Source: the human T2T-CHM13v2.0 reference genome, Homo sapiens
DNA: 64,000 nt
Reading direction: 5' to 3' (one strand)
Assembly: GCF_009914755.1 (NCBI RefSeq)
Contig: NC_060927.1
Shown here: piece after piece, positions 56,650 to 64,000 of the stretch
How positions within the stretch are numbered: position 1 is the stretch's first letter
Layout: every line of letters starts with the position of its first letter
Program-made: the position numbers and the translations under genes
Notes under the pieces: model-generated
What the model was told of the DNA's origin: nothing
What the model saw: only the letters and a program-made list of their open reading frames with translations
Database searches by the model: none

Positions 56650-56835
56650 TCAAAATACAGATAACATTTACTTATCTTGTGCCAGGCTTTCTGCTAAAAG
56701 CTCCACATGGAGTTTCTTGTTTAAGCTTCACAATGATCCTATGATGAGGGATATCACTGTCCCTTTTTTACAAATGAGGAAACAGAAGCAAGAGAACTTA
56801 AATGACTTATCTTAGGCCACAGGGCTAGTGAGTAT
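56650..56835 (-). mobile_element. MIR
   Basis: TTTTACAAATGAGGAAACAGAAGC. Confidence 0.7.
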
Positions 56836-57929
56836 ATCAGAGTCTCATTTCTGCTCCCTTTCCATAATTATTTTTTATTTTTCAACATGCGTATCCTCAA
56901 GATAGAAAAGGAACAGCACATTTACAGTAAATTTTGTGCTATCCAGTGTTAATTGGGGAATGAAACATTCTGGTTTATCAAATATTTTGATTAATAATTG
57001 CTATTCATGTCATGATTGGGTTTCCAATGGGAAAGATCTGGGATATAATAAAACATACACAACATTAGAAGTATAGTAATCATTGTCATAAAATGCTTCA
57101 GGATCATTATACAAATGCGAATTTTTATTGTAGTGCAGAAGTGTTAGTTGATAAAGACTTCTGTTTGACAAAATGCCAGTTGATCTGTTTTTATAGCATG
57201 GAAATATCAGTGCCTTAACACTTTTGAATATTGTAGATTTCAAAGTGCTTTACATAAACTACCACAGAAGTTCAATGTGATCAGAAAAGAAAAATTTTAG
57301 GATCTTTCAGAGTTAAAGAATATTAGTGCTTGGAAAACCTTAAATGCATTAAATACTCTGGATCCTTAGACTATGCTTTTTAAAACTGGAACCTTAGACT
57401 AACTGGGAAATGGAATGTGACACACCCTTGAGGTGGTTCAATGCAAGTCTGTCATCAAGCACTGTTAAAATAGATCAACATTTCCAGAAATTTCATCAGA
57501 GTTGCTCAAATAACATTTATTATTAGTTTAGTCTCCAGAAGTGAAAATAGAACTTGTTTCCAAGGACCCCAACTTTTTAAGAATTAAGAGAAGTGACAAT
57601 ATGGATTGTTTGTTTTATTTAATACTTAGTGAGCATATAATCTAAGCATTTTACATGTGTCATCCATACACAGCAACCCTATGAGGTAAGAACTCCCCCG
57701 TTTATAGATGGAGAAATCAAAGTACAGAGAACACATAACATGCCTGAGGTATCACATTTGGGAAACACATTCAAAGTCAGGCAGTCTAGCTCCTGAGTCT
57801 GTGTTCTCAACCAGAGTTGTCTATACTCTCTCCAATTTGTTTCTTCCTATTCTGCGTTTAATCCACAACAATCACATCTACCTCCTACCCACTCCCCAAA
57901 CTCCCCATCCAGTGAAACAACTTTAGCCA

Positions 57930-59490
<1,561 letters not shown>

Positions 59491-60142
59491 AAGATACCAA
59501 GCACATGTATTAAACAGGCAGTTCTAAAGGAACTTCCTCTCCGCCACCTAAGCACATGTTTCCTCACCGTCCTTTGTCCCTGTACATTCTTTGGTGACTC
59601 ATAGAGTTCTCACATGTAATGCCATCCTCCTAATGACCGGAAGATGATGGCCGCTGGACAGCAACTATAACTGGGTTGTGTCTGTGGCATCAGGGCACTG
59701 GCCCCTTGTTTTAGCCTCACTGCTTCACAAGCCCTCCTTACATGGAGTCCATGCCACAGGGAGGAAATTGTTTCATCTTTCAATGCAAAGGATATAGCTC
59801 TAAAAGCAGAGAACCATTTTAGCAAATTCAAAACCACTGGGAATTCTGCCCAGACTGGAAATAGATGGCAAAACACACTTTTGCTTAGAAGTGAGCTGCC
59901 TTTCTTTCATGTTGAATCATCAAATCAAAGTCATAGAAACTTTAATGTCTAACAAAGAGTCTCTGGCAGATTAAAATTTTCCACTTATAAATTATAGTTA
60001 ACTCAGCATTTAGCTATTAGTAACCCTTTTGTAGTATGTTAAATTTGCTTACATATTGATTATAACTCAATGTGATTGGAACGTTTTCCCATGCGGGAGC
60101 ATTTCTTCAAAGGAACCACTGCATAAAAATTCACAGAGTACA

Positions 60143-60596
60143 TGTGCGCGTGTGTGTGTGTGTGTGTGTGTGTGTATAAAATATATAACATGTATATAAA
60201 ATATATATTATATATTATATAAAATATATATTATATATAATATATAAAATATATATTATATATAATATATAAAATATATAATATATATTATATATTATAT
60301 ATATAATATATAATATATAAAATATATTAAATAATATATATATTAAATATATATTATATATTATATAAAATATATAATATATAATATATAATATATATAA
60401 AATATATATAATATATAATATATAATATATATAAAATATATATAATATATAATATATAATATATATAAAATATATATAATATATAATATATATAAAATAT
60501 ATATTATATATAAATATAATATATATATATTATATATAAAATATATATAATATATATATATTATATATAAAATATATATAATATATATATATAAAA
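60143..60596. repeat. (TG)n followed by about 400 bp interrupted (TA)n repeat
   Basis: 60193-60596 contains only A and T. Confidence 0.97.
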
Positions 60597-61706
60597 CCAG
60601 TTCTGTCGGTCATGATCAGAGTCCAAGGATTAAGTCTCATATCATCTATTAGCTTTGCACAATTAGAAAATAGTTTTGTGACTCAGATTACTCCAATAAA
60701 ACCAGTAGGTCTTCTCTTAAGATTCTAACTGTGGTTGGTAAGAATAAATGCAGAACACTGTGAGACAAACAAATCTAATTCATACAGCTGTAGACAATCT
60801 TTGGTGAGAAAAGGCTGCTTATGTCTGTGGGGCTATGTTTGTATGTGGTGGAACTTGGAAAGTGGAGTGGAAAAGTGTGGGTAGAGGATGGAAATGAGCA
60901 CATACTTAGGTGACAAGAGAGATGAGGGTGTGGGGGTGTCAGTGCTACCTGAAAAATCCCAATCCCAAAGGAAAGTGGGAAGGGACCAGGGTGACAGCAA
61001 GCAACTATAAAACTTTAAAATCTATGGACCAGAACCCCTGATAATAGGAATCTGTTTATAAGTTAGATAACAAAATATGGTTGTACATATAATGACTTGG
61101 CCCTAAACTGGTAATCCTTCATTTCTTACTCATAGCCTCAGCATTCCCACCACCATCCTCCATTGTTGGAACAGCTGCCCAACCCTTACGTATGACAACA
61201 GAAAATGGGAGGAGCAGGAAGGCAGGACACCTAAGGCATAAAGGGCTGTGTTTCATCTTTACTGCTGATTCCTTGTAAAAGCGGCAGCCATTCTCGTGGA
61301 TTGGAATTCCCTGCTTCTGATCTTATGTGGACAATTGTTGATTGTGTCTGTCTACCATGGAAAGATTTGGTTTACTGAGGAAGTACTTTGGCATTGGCAG
61401 GAGGTTGATGAGAATACAATCATTCTACCTCCGCTATTCATCTTGAGCATCCTGCATCCTGACACCTGCTGAGTAAGACAGATTTGTACCTTGTCACCAC
61501 ATGTGTGAAGTGCACGTGAGAAACAGTAACAGGGTTAATGCCACTCTCTTACAAAGAGAATTTTGTTTTCACTTGTTCTCTCCCATATTGCTCTAACACC
61601 CTCTGTGCCATCGTTCCCAACCTTCCTTCCTCTTCCCCCACCACTACGCACCCACCCAGATCTCCTGAGAGTCGTTACTACTCAGCCCATCAGCCAAAGT
61701 TAGTGG

Positions 61707-61720
61707 GTTTCCATGGTAAC
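61707..61720. promoter_or_regulatory. RFX X-box motif
   Basis: GTTTCCATGGTAAC, a near-palindromic canonical X-box; CAGCTG E-box at 61725-61730. Confidence 0.6.
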
Positions 61721-62289
61721 CAGGCAGCTGGTGTCTAGACACTCTGAGAGAGATGCCTTGCAATTGAGCTGCAAATCTAGCTTCTATCAAACACCCCCTC
61801 TCTTCCCTCCTCCTCTTTCCTCCCATTTCCTTTTTATTTACAGCAGGCATTAATACCAACACTGAATGGAGTTTCCTTTTGACAGGCCATTAAAGGAAGA
61901 GGGGGATGAGAGAGGGTGAAAACCCCCAACTTGCTGTCTTGTCATATCAGTGCAGTGAGAAGACAACCGAGGTGACAGACTCTGATCTGGTTTGCTCTTT
62001 CTTCTTTAAGAAGGATTTTATTTAATTAAAATATTTTAAATTAGGAAACAGTGCCACTAGTCTATTGGGAGTCATATGCATCTTTAAGAGCCAGTAAAAG
62101 CATTTTCAGGATAGAGCTTGAGCTGATGGCACTGGGTTGAGGTAAAATTTTTTTCACAGTGTCTGGGCAATCAATGTAATTTCTCTTTCTATGATGCTCA
62201 GGGGAATTACATGCCTGTAGTATTACTAGACAGGAAACTATGCAGTGGGATACAGGCAAGTATAAGAAAGGGCCTTAAATGACACCTCA

Positions 62290-62860
62290 GATCTGGAAAA
62301 GTCAAGTTTAACTGTTCCTTATTTGTCTCAAGAAAGAGAAAAGCAGCTTCTGACAGCCAGGAGCTGGCCTGGAGCTCACAAGTTAGCCTTAGTGTTCTGT
62401 TAATATAAACAACTTTGCAGAACACCAACATCAGACAAGGGCACTTTGTGTGATGGATCAGGACAAAACAAGACCACCATAATAATCATGTCTGAACGCA
62501 GACTAAATATGCACATTGTCCAAACCATAAAATGTCTGAATATTTCCTCAGCCTGGCCAATATGAATAATGATGCTTACTTTATTCCTCCCTCTTCCTAG
62601 ATGATATTTATTGAGATGCCTAAAAATAAAATTACGCCTGTTTTGTGACAGCATTCCAATCCAGAGCAAAGTTCTGTTTCCCTAAAACCACCTCCAAATC
62701 ACCTAACACCTGCCCAAATAAAGCCCTTTCTAGTCCCTTCTTGTGAGACACCTCATGATTCTCCATAGCATAGAGTCTTCCTAGCTGTAACATGTAAATA
62801 AACCCACCTTTGCTCAACTATATGTGTGTTCCTTTTAGTCTTGGCTGTAAGTGGTTGATG
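62290..62860 (+). mobile_element. Old ERV LTR (MER74/MER54-like)
   Basis: GATGGATCAGGACAAAACAAGACCAC...ATCATGTCTGAAC motif and AATAAA near the 3' end; family from memory. Confidence 0.5.
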
Positions 62861-64000
62861 CTCCATAGAATTTCTCTCTATATTATTATGTACACTGAAG
62901 TTAACTTCAGTGAAAAAGTCTTTTTCTTATTTTCTCCCACATCTAAATATTTTCTATGCCATCTTTACCCCAAATTTATTGCTACACTTTCCTGAATTCA
63001 CTAATTCTCCCTCTGAAATCTCATAAAAACCTAATGTAGGAAACAAAATTAACTCTATTTTTTCTATCTGTAGTATTTTCACATTTTTGATCTCAGTAAT
63101 TACACAGGATGCCTCAGGGCACAGATGAGTTTATAATTATCTTTACTACTCATTGAGAAATTTATTACCTGAATTAGCAGTGATGACAAGGACATGTAGA
63201 TCAGACTGACAACAGACATCAAACATGACCCAGTCAAATGACAGTAAGACTATGACAAAATGTTTAAATTTAGTACACTTTCCCTTAAATCCCAAGGAAA
63301 GCTATGTTCCCTGTTTCAGACTAAAGGGTGTCAGATAATTTGTTGGGGCAGCAACCATCTCCTCTCCCGTTCATATTATGATCTGTCAGCTTTAAGTGAC
63401 TATTTTAGCTACCACTATCCACAACAGAGAAGAAGTTTGGAAGAGGTCTACCTTGGGAACAGAATGATATGTTAAGATATGACTCTATTCGTTCTGATAT
63501 TAGTATCTTCTCTGCCACCCTCTGAAATGCCAGTTTGGTGTACTGTCATATATCCTCTGAGCCCCTCTGTGAGATCACTCACCACTCACCATCTCTCTTT
63601 CAGGTGAGTTCTGTACCTGGCTGTGGAATCAGTATCATTGTTATTCCGGGGGTAGGGTCATTTAAAGAGCCCTACACACAATTGGCTCACCACCAAGTCA
63701 AATGGTACCCACCAATAATTGGTTTCTTACTTGGGAACAGTTCCATTAACTAGACTTCTGCTTGGTTTACATTACCTACATTCCTATCTTATCTCTTTTA
63801 GATTCTGGTTTCTCCAAGACTAAGGCCTAGCCTTATTCTCATCTATTCTCTTGGAGATGGTAATCTTGTTCTTGGACCTATAATTAGGAGGCTGTATTGT
63901 TGGCTGACAGATTTCCCCAAATGTCCATGGTTGATTTACATTGGACTTTTTTAGTTGCTGTGTTCTACCAACCTCCAATGTTTGTTTACTACTTCTGCTG

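Overview
Primate (almost certainly human) genomic DNA from inside the neuronal GAP43 (neuromodulin) gene, transcribed on the + strand. The window holds the 598-bp main coding exon (38177-38774, IQ/calmodulin motif, PKC site Ser41) and the alternative exon encoding the 46-aa N-terminus of the long isoform (about 25686-26081). The first exon (MLCCMRRTKQ) and last exon lie outside the window. The rest is intron: many Alu, MIR, L2, LTR and hAT relics, one young 5'-truncated L1HS pre-Ta insertion, microsatellites and an orphan CpG island at about 20.6-21.3 kb. No prokaryotic-type system, CRISPR array or RNA gene is supported, and I cannot demonstrate a new biological system. The best leads concern RNA processing and regulation: an intronic CpG-island promoter followed by a well-formed AUG-less exon, an alternative exon that turns the palmitoylated N-terminus into a uORF, a candidate recursive splice site at 63603/63604, inverted Alu pairs around the main exon, and RFX/bHLH motif clusters. 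Repeat family calls are by eye, and boundaries of old repeats are approximate.
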